Shown in pieces: positions 37,698-51,636 of a DNA stretch of 64,000 nucleotides. Under the pieces are notes generated by a model. That model saw only the letters and a program-made list of their open reading frames with translations, was not told the origin of the DNA and did not search any database. Source of the stretch: Podarcis pityusensis. Its lineage: Eukaryota. Numbering within the stretch: the first letter of the stretch is position 1; each line of letters starts with the position of its first letter. Made by a program: the position numbers and the translations under genes. The DNA lies in NCBI GenBank assembly GCA_964106645.2, contig OZ067043.1. The stretch is one strand, 5' to 3'.

Positions 37698-38035
37698 CTC
37701 CTATGCAAAACTCTTTGAAAGTACAAAATTTAACACATCAGAGAGAAAAGTTCTACATGGGTCACTCCCTTGTTGTGCTAGTTTTCTATCTGCAGGAAGC
37801 TCCCAGCTCCCCAATAGGGGAGAAATGCGGATCCTTCATCCGTAGCCTGAACTGGTATGGTACATTCTACCACCTCAAGTTTCTGTAACCTCATCCGCTG
37901 CGTGTGTAGTAAAACCAAAGGGCTCGGCTCCTCATATCACATGCACGAAGGAATATGCACACTAGGGAGTGTTCTATGCACTTTCACACTCAGAACGGTG
38001 TTATTAGAGAGACAGGCCACGAGTAACATCCCTAC

Positions 38036-38972
38036 CTTCGTCTCTTTGTTGATTTCTTTGCGCGCGTCCAACTCAGAACCTCCTTCCAACTAGCGTGGAG
38101 CCAATCAAACCGAAGCACAACTTCATCCCGGCAAGCGGAAGGCTCGCAAAGAAAGGGGCTGACAGCATCAAGCCAATCGGCGTCAAAGACGGAACAAAAA
38201 CTGAGTCACGACGACCAACTTCCTGGTTTCTTTTGGCGCCATTTTCGCACAGAGTTGAAGTGAAATGTATCCATAGGGGCAACGCAAAAAAGCTAGGAAT
38301 TTAGCGTTAACTGCGATTGGGCAGTAAAAGCCCGCCCGTGCTGTTCCTAACATTTCGTGTAGAAAATGCGTAGTTTCAACAACCATTCACAACATCCCTT
38401 CAATGTAGCGCACCGCGGATGTTGCAAGTTAGAAGTGGGGCTGTGGTCAAAAGCGAGTGAGTGAGAATGAATACAGTAGGGAACAACAAGGGGGTAGTTT
38501 ACAGCACATTGCAACTATGTCTACTCAGAAGTAAGTCCTGCATAATTCAATGAGCCTCATTCAGATACGTAGGGTTATGATTCCAGCCCTTAGTATTGCT
38601 ATCCTTCTACCTTCCGGACGCCACATGCAAATCGTGGGCAGAGAGCAATGAATGCGAGTTTTACTTTGGTGCAGCAGGCTAGTTTTTACACACTCACACA
38701 TCCCACCCTATCCAAGCCCAGAAATCATTTTCAGAGTACATTTTCGCCATGCAAAGCTGGGCTGGTGAACAGCTGGGTGAGCTAAGGAGATTCTGGGCCT
38801 GGGGAGAATGAGTGGGTTTGGATGCGGCGAAAGGCACTTGCAAAGACAGCTAGGCCTACGCGCCACCCTTAGAGAAAGGACCCCAGAGAGCAGGACGCGC
38901 CGGAAGCTGGCGAGTTGAACGACAAGGGAGATGGCGGTTGTCTAAGTAACTCGCAGGTGTCACTTCTCGAAG
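38036..38972. promoter_or_regulatory. MUTYH/TOE1 bidirectional promoter with putative non-coding first exons
   Basis: CpG-rich. CCAAT at 38101 and 38173, ATTGG at 38316, ETS CGGAAG near 38136 and 38901, TGAGTCA at 38202, YY1 CGCCATTTT near 38237, GC box near 38331. Minus-strand donor AAG|GTAGGG at 38036/38035 (MUTYH) and plus-strand donor AAG|GTAAGA at 38972/38973 (TOE1). Confidence 0.75.
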
Positions 38973-39417
38973 GTAAGAGAAGGTCTTTCGAAAGCACCTT
39001 CTGGGAGGAGGTATTGTGCTCAGCGGTTTCTTGTGCAGACGATGTGCATTCTCCTAAACGAGTTAGTGGCCAGGGACCAGGAAATGGTGGTGGAGCGGAG
39101 GTTTAAACTTGATCTCACCTATAACGTGCATGTTATGGATCATGTACTGATGACTTTTTACTGTTCCCGTTCTAGTTCTGGTTTGAGCTTTAACGAGATG
39201 AGGCATTTACTATACCTGGGGCTCTTGGGTTTTTTGCCATATAAAGCAGCGGTTCCTGTTCTCTCTTTTTTTCTGAGGTGTTATTTGATATATGCAGGGA
39301 GCAATCTGTGGGTTCGGGTTTTTTTAACTAGTCATTGGTATCCCCAAAGCAAAATTAACCATTGGATTGTAAAAGTTATGCATGTCTAATCTCTTGTGTC
39401 CCAACAGCTGCATAAGA

Positions 39418-42400
39418 ATGACTTCCTTGAAAGTGCCAGTCATCGATGTCCAGAATGATAATTTCAAGGAGCTCTGGCCATCCATGCTCTTGGCCATCAA
39501 AACATCTAGCTTTATAGCTATTGACACGGTGGGTAGAGTTGCCCTTCTTTGTGATTTCTCAAAAAGGGTAGGGGCGGGGACTGTAACTTTGATGGTAATT
39601 GGGTTGCTGTCTTTGCTAGGGAAAGCTGACACCATTTTATTTAATTTTTCCATTGGTCTATCTACCTATTCTTTATACTGCTTTCCAGGGTTTCAGACAG
39701 GAGTTTTCCAGCTCTGCATTGGAGACATCAGGGATTAAACCTTGAACCTTGTACATGTAAAACTGTAACACTGAGCTACAACTTATTTTACATAACTTGT
39801 TCTACCATGGAGTGGAAATCTAATTGTTATCTTTGTCCATAGGAGCTTAGTGGGCTTGGAACAAGGAAGAGTTTGTTGAATCAGTAAGTAATGTGCTGCT
39901 TCTGTTTGAGTCCTGAAGCATGATGTTCTCATTCTTGTTGTTCTGAATTATTAGGTCCTTGAGTATGGACAGCATTGTGGAGTGTCTGCCGATACTTTCA
40001 GGAGTCTTTGTTTCCCCCAACTCAGTACCAGACACTAGTTGAGTGGACCTATTGGGATTCACAGTGGAAGCAGTTCTTTGACTGTGTGGGTGTGGATGGC
40101 TTAAGATGTGCTTGCCCATTTGGAGTAATCAGTTCTTTGAGGGCAGGAAATATGCAAGCTGTGGGGAACAGGCCCACATGCTATTAATGCGCTTCGAAAT
40201 TCAGGCTGGTCTCGATCTTGAATGGAAAGGTGAAATTTGTCATGTCAATAGGGAAGCTATGGTTCAGTGGTCTAAATTTCCTACTAAGCTGCCTGAGGCT
40301 TCTCCCCACAGGTGTATTGAAGAACGATACAAATCTGTTTGCAGTGCTGCCAGAACACGCTCCATTTTGTCTCTAGGAATTGCTTGTTTCAAACATCTTC
40401 CTGATAAGGTATAGTGCTCATTGTCTGGCTTTCACCCTAATTCTACTGCTGAGTTAAGAATGTGTTGCTTATAAGAGAATAGTATATTGAAGGTTCAGTC
40501 TTCAATGCATAAAGTGATGCATAAAGTGACCAGTATTGATTCTAGACACTAAAGGAAGTAGTTGCTGATTTCTAGGATGTTACTGTTTGCACTTTTTCTG
40601 TGCTGCTCTCAATTTCTTTGAACTGGCCTGTATTTGCAGTCAGAGAACACATACCTCTCCCAGATCTACAACCTGACCCTGCTCTGTATGGAGGATTATA
40701 TCATTGAACCACAGTCAGTTCAGTTCCTGGTGCAACATGGCTTTGACTTCAACAAGCAGTATTCTCAGGGCATTCCTTATCACAGAGGCAATGACAAGGT
40801 ATGGGGACTCTTTACTGTAAGGTATAAGTGAGGTGAGACCACAATGAGAAAGTAACTGGTTTCTTTCTTAATATCTGCTTGGCTTCGTTTGCATTTCACA
40901 CTTCTTTTGCTAATCAAAATTATCCACGTGTATTTTTAAAAAAACTTTATTAACATCAATTAACAACCCACAATGCATTTCACACTTCAGTGTCATGGGG
41001 CTGAATTGATGCTGCACCAACATAGCCACCACCTAGTCAGTACTGTGGAGCTTCTGTGGAGGAGTCAGTCTGCTAGCAACTGGTTTCACCATTGAGCTGG
41101 AGGAGAACTGCCCTCACAGAAATAAGCTTGGGAACAGAATAATAAGCTTGAGCTGGAGGAGAACTGCCCTCACAGAAATAAGCTTGGGCCTGAGCTGAAG
41201 GGGTGTGAAATGTCCTGCACCTTCATCTGACAGTTCTGGTAGATGAATAAAGCACCATCTCTGCCTAGAGTACAGGAGAGAGTGGTGGTGGCATCCTGCC
41301 TTTTCCAGGCTTTACCTCAGCGAAAACTAGGTGTGGTGGTTCTGCCCTAGAACCTGGGTCATGAATCCATAAGCAGTGGCAGAATTTGGGCTGTAGACCT
41401 GTACCATCAAAACAGGTGAAGGGAACTCCAGGGGATCAATGCCACCCTCTTTTGCATTTACCTCTGCTGCCTTTGCCCGCATTGACCGCCCAACACTTCT
41501 GAGGCTCATCTTCATCCAGGCTGTTCTCATATCAGAGAAACTAGTGCAGGCTTTGGAAATGAGGCCAGCTAACCTTATCCCCTCTTTGCTCTCTCACAGG
41601 GAAATGAAAACCACAGCCAGACTGTCCGTACTTTTTTCCTGGAACTGATCCGAGCCAAGAAGCCCCTCATTCTGCACAATGGCCTAATTGATTTGGTTTT
41701 CCTGTACCAGTGCTTTTATGCTCACCTTCCTGACAATTTGGGCACCTTCACTGCTGATCTTTCAGAGATGTTCCCAGCTGGAATCTATGACACCAAGTAT
41801 GCTTCTGAGTTTGAGGCACGTTTTGTGGCTTCTTACCTAGAGTATGCCTACAAGAAATGGTAGGTATCTCTTGCCAGGTCAAGCTGTAAGCTGTAAGCAC
41901 CCTGACAAGGATTTTTGGGCCGAGATCCATCGTAGCACAAGTGGACATTTGCCTGATCACATAATAAGGCTTTTCCTTCCTCCCCTCCCCCCTTCACCTC
42001 CCCATGTACTCCCAAAATCTACTCTGGAGATTTGAGGGACCAGGTTTTTGGAGCACATGGGTGTGGGAGGTAGAATAGAAATTGGAAGTTCCATTGCACA
42101 GGCTGATTTCTGTTGGGTAAGCAGGCATACATCATTGAATGCTGCTCCTGGGCTTTAAGTAGCGAGAGCACAACTGCTGGGTCCAAGGCTGCTGCTCTTC
42201 TATTTTTACCGGAACAGGGTCTGATTTGGGTATGAATGAGTAGGGTGGAGGACAAGAAGTATGAATACCATATCTAGTTAGTGACTTTGTTACTTTCCAT
42301 ATAGGTTATTCTATTTATGTGCATTTTGGGCAAATACTGTGATTCAGTTAAATCTTAATTGTGATTCAATTAATCCCCAGGCTCCACTACAAACTCATAA

Positions 42401-45201
42401 CTCCACATGCATGTACTTGCCCGCCATTTGTCTCAGGTTGTTTCCTTGCTACAGCTTTCAGCTGAAATTCTTTATGAGTTTAAATTATTATTATTACTAA
42501 ATTTGTATTCTGCCCTATACCTGTAGATCTCAGGGTGGTTCACAACATAAAATTACAATATAAAAGACACAAAATACATGATAGAAATATGAACAAAAAC
42601 AAACCAATAATCGCCCCTTCCACAACCCATTTTAAAGGGCATCGGATGTCAATCAGCCAAAGGCCTGGTTGAAGAGGAACATTTTCACCTGGTGCCTAAA
42701 GATGTATAATGAAAATGAGTTGCATTTCTTTTTACTGCTTAGGAGACTGAAATCTCCTATTTGATACTAGAGCCTGGATTCTAAGTAAAGTATTTTACTT
42801 AATTCCAGTCCACAAAATTTTGACTGGCCTTGGCAGTTAGCCATAATTTATGGTCTCCACAAACTCTGCTCTGTTGGCACATGCAGAGGACCCAAGAGCT
42901 GAAGGGTGAGTCACATTCCATGCTGTGCCTTTAAAACATTAAAATACAGCAAGAAGGATTCTCACTCAATTTTCAGTATCTTCAAAATGTGGCATGAAGA
43001 AAAAGTTATTTGCATATATCAGAAGACTTGAAAAAGAGACTGCAACAGTCTCGTCTGCCTAATGCGGTAGAAGATGGCTCCTGCCTTAAGTTCTCTGTGG
43101 CAGCAGAATGAAGGGGTAGGGTTTTTCATGTTGTCCTTGGCTACTAGCAGAAGAAACTAGTAGAAATGTGTGGAACTGACTAAACAACTCCTCAGGTTTT
43201 CTCTTCCCTTTTCTCTGTTTCCCCACTCCCTGATTCTAATAATCAAATGAGAGGTTTGCCTTCTGCTTAGAGAAAAGCACTAGTTTGGGAAGATGCTCAT
43301 ACCCTGTTATGGTGTTCCAGGTATCTGGCAGTCAGGGGAACAAGCAGTTGTGCAGATAGCATTTTTATGTGTCTCTGCTTCTCTTCTAAAAGGCAATGCT
43401 ATGTATCTTTTATATTCTTATTTCCGCTTTAGCTCATTTTTCTACATTCAGGGGGCTTTCCTATGAGTACACAGAGGAGCCTGTCCTGAAGGGCAGTTGA
43501 TCTCCTTGCTCTGACACAGCCTCTGTTCCAGGTTCTAATGCTATTCTTGCCTTCCAGCAAGCGAGAAAACTACAGGTTGAAGAATTCAGAAAAGCAGCAC
43601 CTCAGCATAGAGTTCTGCAACTACCCAGACAGCATAGCTTCCTATATCGATTATCGCTTCTGTTCCCTATCAGATGCCAGCCAGTCTGGGCTTGACCCTG
43701 CAAACAAAGTCACCATCTGTCAGACATTTTCTGTAAGTATTACTTCTGTCTCCCTTCTATCTTGAAAGTTTGTTAAATAGTAAATTGTAAATAGTTCATT
43801 CAGTGTGGTGGATATTCTCAGATAGGGACTATGAGGACAAGCTGTCTAGGATGAGAGACAGGCTCTTGGGCTGGATGTGTGTTTGGCAGTGGGAGGCAAA
43901 TGCTTATGCTGGTATTATGGTCAATTTTAAAGCATGGTACCTCTTTCTGCAGCTTTCTGATAAAAATGGAGAGGTGCTACCTTTTAATAATGAGGGTATC
44001 TGGGAGCTTACTAGAGAACACAAGAGACCTGCTGGGTCAGGCTAAAGGTCCATTTAGTCCAGTATATTTTCCCAACAGTGGCCCAGCCCAGAAGCCTGCA
44101 AGTAATACATGAGGTTTGGATGATCCAGAATAGTCTTTTAATATTGCTATTTTCCGGTTAATTAGCATGGCACAATCTCACAAATGTGATAAATATCCAG
44201 AAGTTAATGTTGAAAGTTGCTCTAGGGCAGCATTTCTCAAATTTGGGTCCCCAGCTGTTGGACTACAACTCCCATCATCCCTGACCACTGGTTCTGCTAG
44301 CTAGGGATGATGGGAGCTGTAGTCCAACAACAGCTGGAGACCCAAGTTTGAGAATCACTGCTGTAGGGTATATAAGATCCAGTGATATTTTCTCAAGTGT
44401 GCTAATGATTCTCACTCTTCCCTTTAGGCCTATGGCTGGTGCCCAGATGGATTGAAGTGTTCACAGTCTCACAACATTGACCTAATAATTAATGAAGATG
44501 AGAACCACAAAGAGGACAAGCGGAAGAAAAGAAAGCAGAAGTGGAAGCATCGGAAGAATTTTGTAGAGCCCTCAAAGGAACCTGTGTTGAGAAGCCCTGA
44601 GAAGGAAGGAGAGGCGGCTTGCAATATGGAAGACGGTCCCCCATCCAAGCAGTCCTGTTTAAGCAACATGGTTGCTCCTACTGTAGATTCTGCAGGCACA
44701 GAAACTGTATCCAGTAATGAGGAGAGTTCTATGGATGTGGAACGAGAACTAGGCTCTGACACAACTGATAGCAAGATGGATGAGGAACAAGCCAGTGCCA
44801 CAGACAATGAGGGCATCACTTTATCACCATCCAAAGATGGACCACAACAAAGGGCAGCAGGGACTGAAGGATCAGGACCAGAAGTCCAGATAGAGTGTGC
44901 TTCTGTAGTGACGGCTTTGTCTGGCACCCAGAACCCAGTGGCACCAGTGCCTGGCTGTTCAGAGGGTGGTATTCACCGGGCTGGCTTTGATGCCTTCATG
45001 ACAGGTTACATTATTGCCTACGTCCATATGCTCAAAAATGATGAACACAAAGACTCAAGGGAAGGGCCTTGGTTGCCGGACTGCCATAACAAAGTGTACC
45101 TCAGTGGGAAGTCTGTCCCCCTTCAGATAGTGAAAAGTTTGTTTTCTAAATCCTCCAAAGCTCACAGCCAGAAGATGAAATTGGCTTGGGCTAGTAAGTA
45201 G
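39418..45201 (+). CDS. TOE1: Target of EGR1 protein 1 (CAF1/DEDD-family snRNA deadenylase), about 538 aa
   Basis: Coding exons 39418-39528, 39843-39883, 40312-40408, 40640-40798, 41600-41859, 43558-43732, 44428-45201 (1617 nt). Motifs [39 protein letters not shown] finger [20 protein letters not shown], basic [27 protein letters not shown]. Confidence 0.95.
41092..41187. repeat. about 40-bp direct duplication in a TOE1 intron
   Basis: TTGAGCTGGAGGAGAACTGCCCTCACAGAAATAAGCTTGGG occurs twice. Confidence 0.9.
44228..44360. mobile_element. palindromic hAT-like MITE (GGACTACAACTCCCA family)
   Basis: Long internal inverted repeat; TSD CTCTAGGG/CTGTAGGG. Confidence 0.75.
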
Positions 45202-45649
45202 AGCTGGGAACCCTCCTACTTGGGACTTTACATAAGAGCTGTTGAAAATAGCAGCAGCTTCTACCCACAGTCATCAAACAAAAGCAGCAGACTGTGACTT
45301 TATTTTTAAACATCTGCACAATTAAATTACTCTGTACAGTACTAGAATTTCCGTTTTTGTTTGTTAAAGGTAGAGCCTTTATGTACACAGGACCAGGCAA
45401 CTGTCTTAAACATGGGAGAGCTATGAGGAGCCCTAATTTATAGCATATTAATTTAATCCACTCATTCAAACCAACAGCATGAGAACCAGCAGCTTATTTT
45501 TGTAACGACCATGGAGACCACTTCTTCTCTTGCATACAAAGACCAAACAGCTTCCATATATAAGTAACAATATTTATAGCAGTATAAAACCTTGTATCTA
45601 TGCAGTATTTGTGCATTTTAAATTTCAGATCAGAGCCTGTTGGGGATTA

Positions 45650-45849
45650 CAGTCATACCTCGTGCTAAGTTTGCTTCACGTTGCGGCTTTTCAGGTTATG
45701 AACATGGCAAACCCAGAAGTGTTTACTTCTGGGTTCGCCACGTGCAGAAGCGCTTTGCACATGTGCAGTAGCGGCGCTCTACTTAGGGACTTTTCGGGGT
45801 GCGAACAGCACCCCGAAACGGATCGTGTTTGTAAGTAGAGGAACCACTG
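45650..45849. mobile_element. degraded Tc1/mariner MITE
   Basis: TA-CAGTCATACCTCG...AGAGGAACCACTG-TA. Confidence 0.6.
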
Positions 45850-48616
45850 TATATTGGTAAGTATGCACCAGCATACTTACCAAACTAGATACAGTATTGT
45901 GTAAATTCCATTAAAGTGCATATTCAAAAAGATGCAAATTGCAGAGGGAGGAATGGGAGAAGGAACAACATTCAGACTCCAGGGTATGTGGCAGTGGGGG
46001 TGCTTTCATCCCACCCTGCTGCTTGTGCCCACCATTTGCATATTTTAAAATGCGCATGGTAGTCATATAATTAAGCTCATTGTTTTGATGATTGAGTCTT
46101 TGGATGGGTTGGAAAAGTAGTTAACTAAAGTTCTATGGGCCTCATCAGTGCCTAGTACAAGGCATGTGCAGAAAACCTAGTAAAAGAGACTGCTCCTTAA
46201 AGTAACTTAAGACATTCTTGAGGTTCAGGAGGTCTGTTTTGAACAAGGCACCTTTTGCAGTCTTGCTGTTGCTCATATCACCTTTTATGAAATATTTCAT
46301 TGTATCCAACTAAATAATTGTGTGCACTGAATGACTTCCACAAGTGCAACAGTGTTCCCTTTCTTCCCACTGCATGCCCCCCATGTGCTTTTGACATTTC
46401 TGCAACCTGGCAGTGTGTGCAATGATTTGGTTAGATACGGCCTATTCTTTTCTGTAACAACTCTTGCCTCAGGAGCTAGAAAACTGCAGCTATGTGTGAG
46501 ACAGAGGATGGCGCAAGAGCTTGAAGATGCAAGAGAATTTCAGAAATAGGTTTCATGCTTTTCTTCAACCCATACCACTTGCCTGTTTTTTGGTAAGTTT
46601 GCTGCAGAATAAATGAGTAAGAAGCTAGATGGGCTTCTGCGAACCTTAGTTTGCAAAGGGCATAGGAAGGTATCTGCATCATACTCTGCATTCTGTTGTT
46701 CTCAAACTAAATCAAACTGCTCAAGCCTTGGAGTGTACTTTAGGTAAAACCTACTGGAAACAACAAAGGATAAAAAATCGATTCACAAATGCTACCTTTA
46801 AAGTCACATTTGGCATTAGTAGAGGGGAAATGTGCCCAGCCAACTAATGCAGTTACAGCTGAGGTTTAATCTCTTGCTGGCTGCCTTTACTTATAAAAGG
46901 CTTTTAATCTTACTCAACTTTGTCACCACTAGTTTTAGCAGGGAAAGAAAACAGTCTGTTTTGTTAATACTCTCTTTCTCAGGCCAAATGATCCTTCCAC
47001 CAATTAGTTGCAAAGACAGTGGCCTCCCCATGCTGTGGTAGTTTGGCCCTCTGACCAATCTGATCTCAGTAGAAGTATAGTATGCCCAAGTATCAGCTGC
47101 GCACAAACTTCCTTTTTGTGAACAAGCAGAAAGCCTTGGTTGATCATAGTGCTTGGTTATGCCCAAATGGCTTCCAAACAAGCCAAAATATGGAGTTAAA
47201 GGTTTTAAGTTTGCTTATATCTCTTAGCTTGTTTGGCAGCTATTAACCATTTGTTCATAGTGGGAACAGGAAACCATGCTTAACTAGGATTTCCTGGCTT
47301 GTTTCACAGCTCACACAAAGGGAGGAGCTAAGCTTCCATGTGTGGGTGCCTGACACTCCTGCATATTGCAGCTTAGAATTTATCGTCATAGCACAATTAT
47401 CAAGCAAACTTGGTATACAACTGAATCAGTACAGCAGGTGTGAGAAACCTGTCGCTCTCCAGATGTTACTGAACTACAACTCCCATCAGCCCCCACAAGT
47501 GTGGCCAGTGATGACAGTTCATCAACATCTGAAGAGCCAAAGGCTCCCCACATCTGCAGTACAGATCAGCCATAAGTTCTAAATCTATCCAGTATTTCTT
47601 ACTGTTCCCCCCCACCCAAATATATTTATACATTAAGCTTCTCTATCTTTTTCTTCCGCTTAAATTTATTTTGCTTTTGCTTTTCTAACTTCTGTTTTCT
47701 GCTTCTAACACTGATGGTACATTTTAATTCACTGGTTGCCACTTATTGCTAATATTCCTAATTGATGGTGATCTGTGGGTTTCAGCTACAAAGGAGTTGT
47801 ATGGGGAAAAGAGCAGAACATATTAATCTACCACTTTTGCCTGAACTGGTGCCATAACGCCCACTGCCAACACTGGTGTACTATAGCCTTTTGGGCTAGC
47901 CCTGCATGTGTTACAAGAGGTTGTTATAGCTGCTAGTCCTCAGAAGTCCTGTTCACATAAGTAGCGGAGCCAAGCATTCAGGACAAGTTCATTCAGGACA
48001 ATTATAAAAGTATTTAATATAACTTGATTTGTTGACATAAGATGTTGTGATGACTACTGGGTTAAATGACTAAAAAAAGATTATACCAAATACATGAAAT
48101 AGGCCAGAAGCAGTATGCGCCTGAATACCTGTTGTGTTGGGGAGGATACTGTTTATGCATTGCTTCTTGATTTTATGGAAATGTGACTTGACCACTGTGG
48201 GAAACAGAATGATGACACTTTAGTTCAAAGCACAGCTTGGATGAAAGATCAGGACGAAAGTGGGGGGGGGGCGTGTTTTCTAAGCCGCATACCGTTGGGT
48301 ACTTGAAAATAGAAACAGCTTCTTTGGGGGGGGGGGATCTGAATTCCACACAACAAATAAATGGTAACTGTGTCTTTGTAGCATGAAATACTATAAAAGG
48401 AACCTCTGTGAAATCAGACATTTACCAAAGAAGCAGACTATCGCATCCCTTAAAAGTTGCACAAGAAATGCAACTGTTTCACTGGATTTCATACTGCTCA
48501 AGCATTATTCTCGCCCTTATTGCTAGCGCAGCAGCTCTTGCTTTGGCAGTCAGAGGATGCTGAATCCAGGCTAGAGCTTTCTTCCTTAGCTCTGTCTTTT
48601 CAACCACAAAAGTAGA

Positions 48617-48632
48617 TTTATTTGTTTTTATT
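48617..48632 (-). terminator. tandem AATAAA, candidate end of an about 3-kb TESK2 3' UTR
   Basis: Two TTTATT on plus strand (48617-48622, 48627-48632); Pumilio-type TGTAAATA on minus strand at 48923-48930. Confidence 0.4.
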
Positions 48633-51600
48633 CTGAAAGCAAATTGGGAAACAGTTTACAAAAACTGACAAAGAAAACATTCAAATACTTTAAACTAGAT
48701 TCATCTTTGGTTACTTATTTCAGTTCCAGTAAAACATACTGCTGCTGTAGTTCAGGAAAAAAGTCAGACCAAGTAAAACATAAAAACCAATATTTGCCTT
48801 CTTTACACATCCATAAATATCTGCAGTATTAGAAAAATGTTTCGTAAAGATTCTTTTCTGGCAGTGTTAAATTATACACAGGCTACAGACTTTTTTCCTA
48901 AGATTTAATGACAAAGTTTAGCTATTTACAGACTGCAAATATTAAGACATAAAATTCCTTCATAAATATGAAAATAGACCTTGCAAAGATCTTTAAACCT
49001 TAATCAAATATTTGGCTGCCCCCAAAGGTTATTTTTGCATAGAAATGTAGTGACATGCAGTATAAACAGCAGCATTAAGTGCAAAGAGGAATTATTCAAG
49101 TGTCTGTAGTTAAACTGGCAAGAAACACCAGTGTTCTTGGACAAGATACAGCAACCAAGAATAACCTATCATACTCCTGTCTTCTGCTGGGGTAGCAATT
49201 TGTTACATACAATTATACACAGTCATCTTTCACCAATCAGTCACAAGTATTGCTGCTATTACGTGTTTAATAAATGTAACATAGAAAGATTGAGCGAATT
49301 AAAAACAGATTGGGGATCTTAGATGGGTCTGCAGGTCGCTTGTAAGAAAGCAAGATGCATCTGTCAGCAAATCAAAAACATGATAAAAGCAAAATTCACT
49401 ATTGTATTTGTACAAAGCACTGCCACTGTCTTGCCACAATCTGTATTCATTACAGCTAATGGCCAACAGCTGCTCTGCAATACTGGCTCTAGACTACATA
49501 CCCAGAAGGCCTTATGGCCAGGGGCTCTTACATGTTGTAAAAGTCGATAGCATACATTTAATTTTAGCCACACAATGACCAAGGAATTGGCTTCCACCAA
49601 GCTCCTTCAAAAAGAACTCCATTACAGTGTGGGCTGGAGAAATGTCATGCTTTCTGTACCAGGATAAGAGACTAAAGCCTCTTTAGGCAGAGCAGCCATA
49701 TAAGCAGCGACCCTTTCCCCCAGCTCAAGAAAGAATACCACATCTGATAGGTTGTTTGCACAAAAACTGCATGAAAGCAGGAAAAACATAGATGAAGCAA
49801 AATTAGAGAGGCCACTTGTTTAAATCTTCACAAAACAGTAAGAGCACAAGTCAAACATCTAAAGGCTACAGGGTTCTAGGAGCTCACACATCAACCACAG
49901 ACCAGAGTAGGCAGAAGTGTGGACTCCTTTCATGGCCTCTAAAGCAGACTCCAGTGCTCAGTTCTTTCAGTATCCATGCACTGATCAAGAGTAAATGCTT
50001 CTTCCTTGGAGGAACAAAATGTTACTATATCCTAAGTGTGCAGTGAGATGGTAACACATTTATTTTTCACTGTCTTTAAAAAAAATGCATGCAAAAAAAT
50101 AGCTGTGGGGAGTTCTCTGGAAGGAACTTGACAAGGGCTCCTATATAAATAAGCATAGATTGCAAAAAGATGTTACTGCTGTTAAGGTTGCAACAAGCAA
50201 CTCTTGGGCAAAATATTGTTACCTGTTTTTCAAATATTTCCATATCTGATCCCCAAGTTATTGCTTGATACTTTTTGTGGACTTTCACCGTTTTTATGGT
50301 TCCTTTTTGAGGGGTTAATAAGAGAGGACATCTACACACATCAGGAAGCAGCACTGCTTTTTTATTTCTTCCCCACAGGGGAGTTCTCATTAGCCTATTA
50401 TATTAAAATAAGGGACTAGAGTCAAAACTTGGGACTCCAATCCCTCTTATTCAGCACATACTAACTTCTCTCTACTTTGAGGATTGTGCTGGACTTGATA
50501 CTCAGAAAGAGAGACCAGTAAGGACTGGAAGTACTATTTCTGCAGCTACAGTCAGAGTCTAGTGAACAAGCATCCCTCTTCCAATGGAGGAATCTCAGGT
50601 GAGGTACTTTTAAGTTATACAAAATGCAAATACAGACCAAATTTCCATATGTGCACACATCTGTTCAGAGTGTGTGACTGACCCACATGGAGAGGCTAAT
50701 TGAAGAGTTGCACAAAGAGCTGGACAGAGCTGGATTTTAAGAGAATGCTGATGCGGAAGGGGTGGCTTATTTTTTAAGAGCTCTCATGTCAAACACTTGG
50801 ATGGTTATATCCTTAATTTCTTCTACAATATAGAATTGGAGATACTGAAGAGTTACAAACACACAGCTATTCATCCTCTTTGTGCACTTCAAATTTACTG
50901 AATAGGCATTTGGTTGCACAGCACCTATTATTGCTTAAGGAAAATGGGATCAACCTCTTTCTTGGTCATGGTATTAAGGTGACCAAAGCAAGTAATAATT
51001 GGACAAGGAATGCTTGAAATAGGAATCTGAGCTGTTTGCTTCCAGTGTTTGAAACTGGATTGGAAGAGGTAGGAAATTTAGCTCCAGCAGTCAAGTCTGA
51101 CTTTCTTCAGTGGAAGTTTGGGTTTCAGGCCAGCACTATGAACCTGTCATTATAACAGAGGTACAGGATGCTACCACCTTATCTATCTATGTTGTCCCAG
51201 CATTGCCAGTTTCCATCTTGTTATACTCAATAAGAGGTCATTTATACCTGCTCAGCAGCTCTCAAGAAGGGACACAAAAAGAGTTTTATAGATTTTTTTA
51301 AAGGATGCTGCCAAGTTTGGAAGAATTTCTTCAATGGGATCTAAACTGTGTACACAGACAGAAAATGGCTTCTAAGTAGAGGCAAGCCTAGAATCCCAAA
51401 TTTATGGCCCTGCATTGATCCAGGCATTCCATGGAGATATTGTTCTCCCCTTCTGCCTGCAGTAGCTGCCTCCTGAGGTACGGTAAGGGATTATGATCTC
51501 TCACACACTGACATACATGCTGTCTCTCCAAATGGACTGGTCTGGTTGCTACACTTTGCTAGAGTATTCTGAAATAAAAAATTAAAAAAGCAAAGAAGTT

Positions 51601-51636
51601 GGGAGGAATATGCCACCATGGTATCATGGCTGAACT

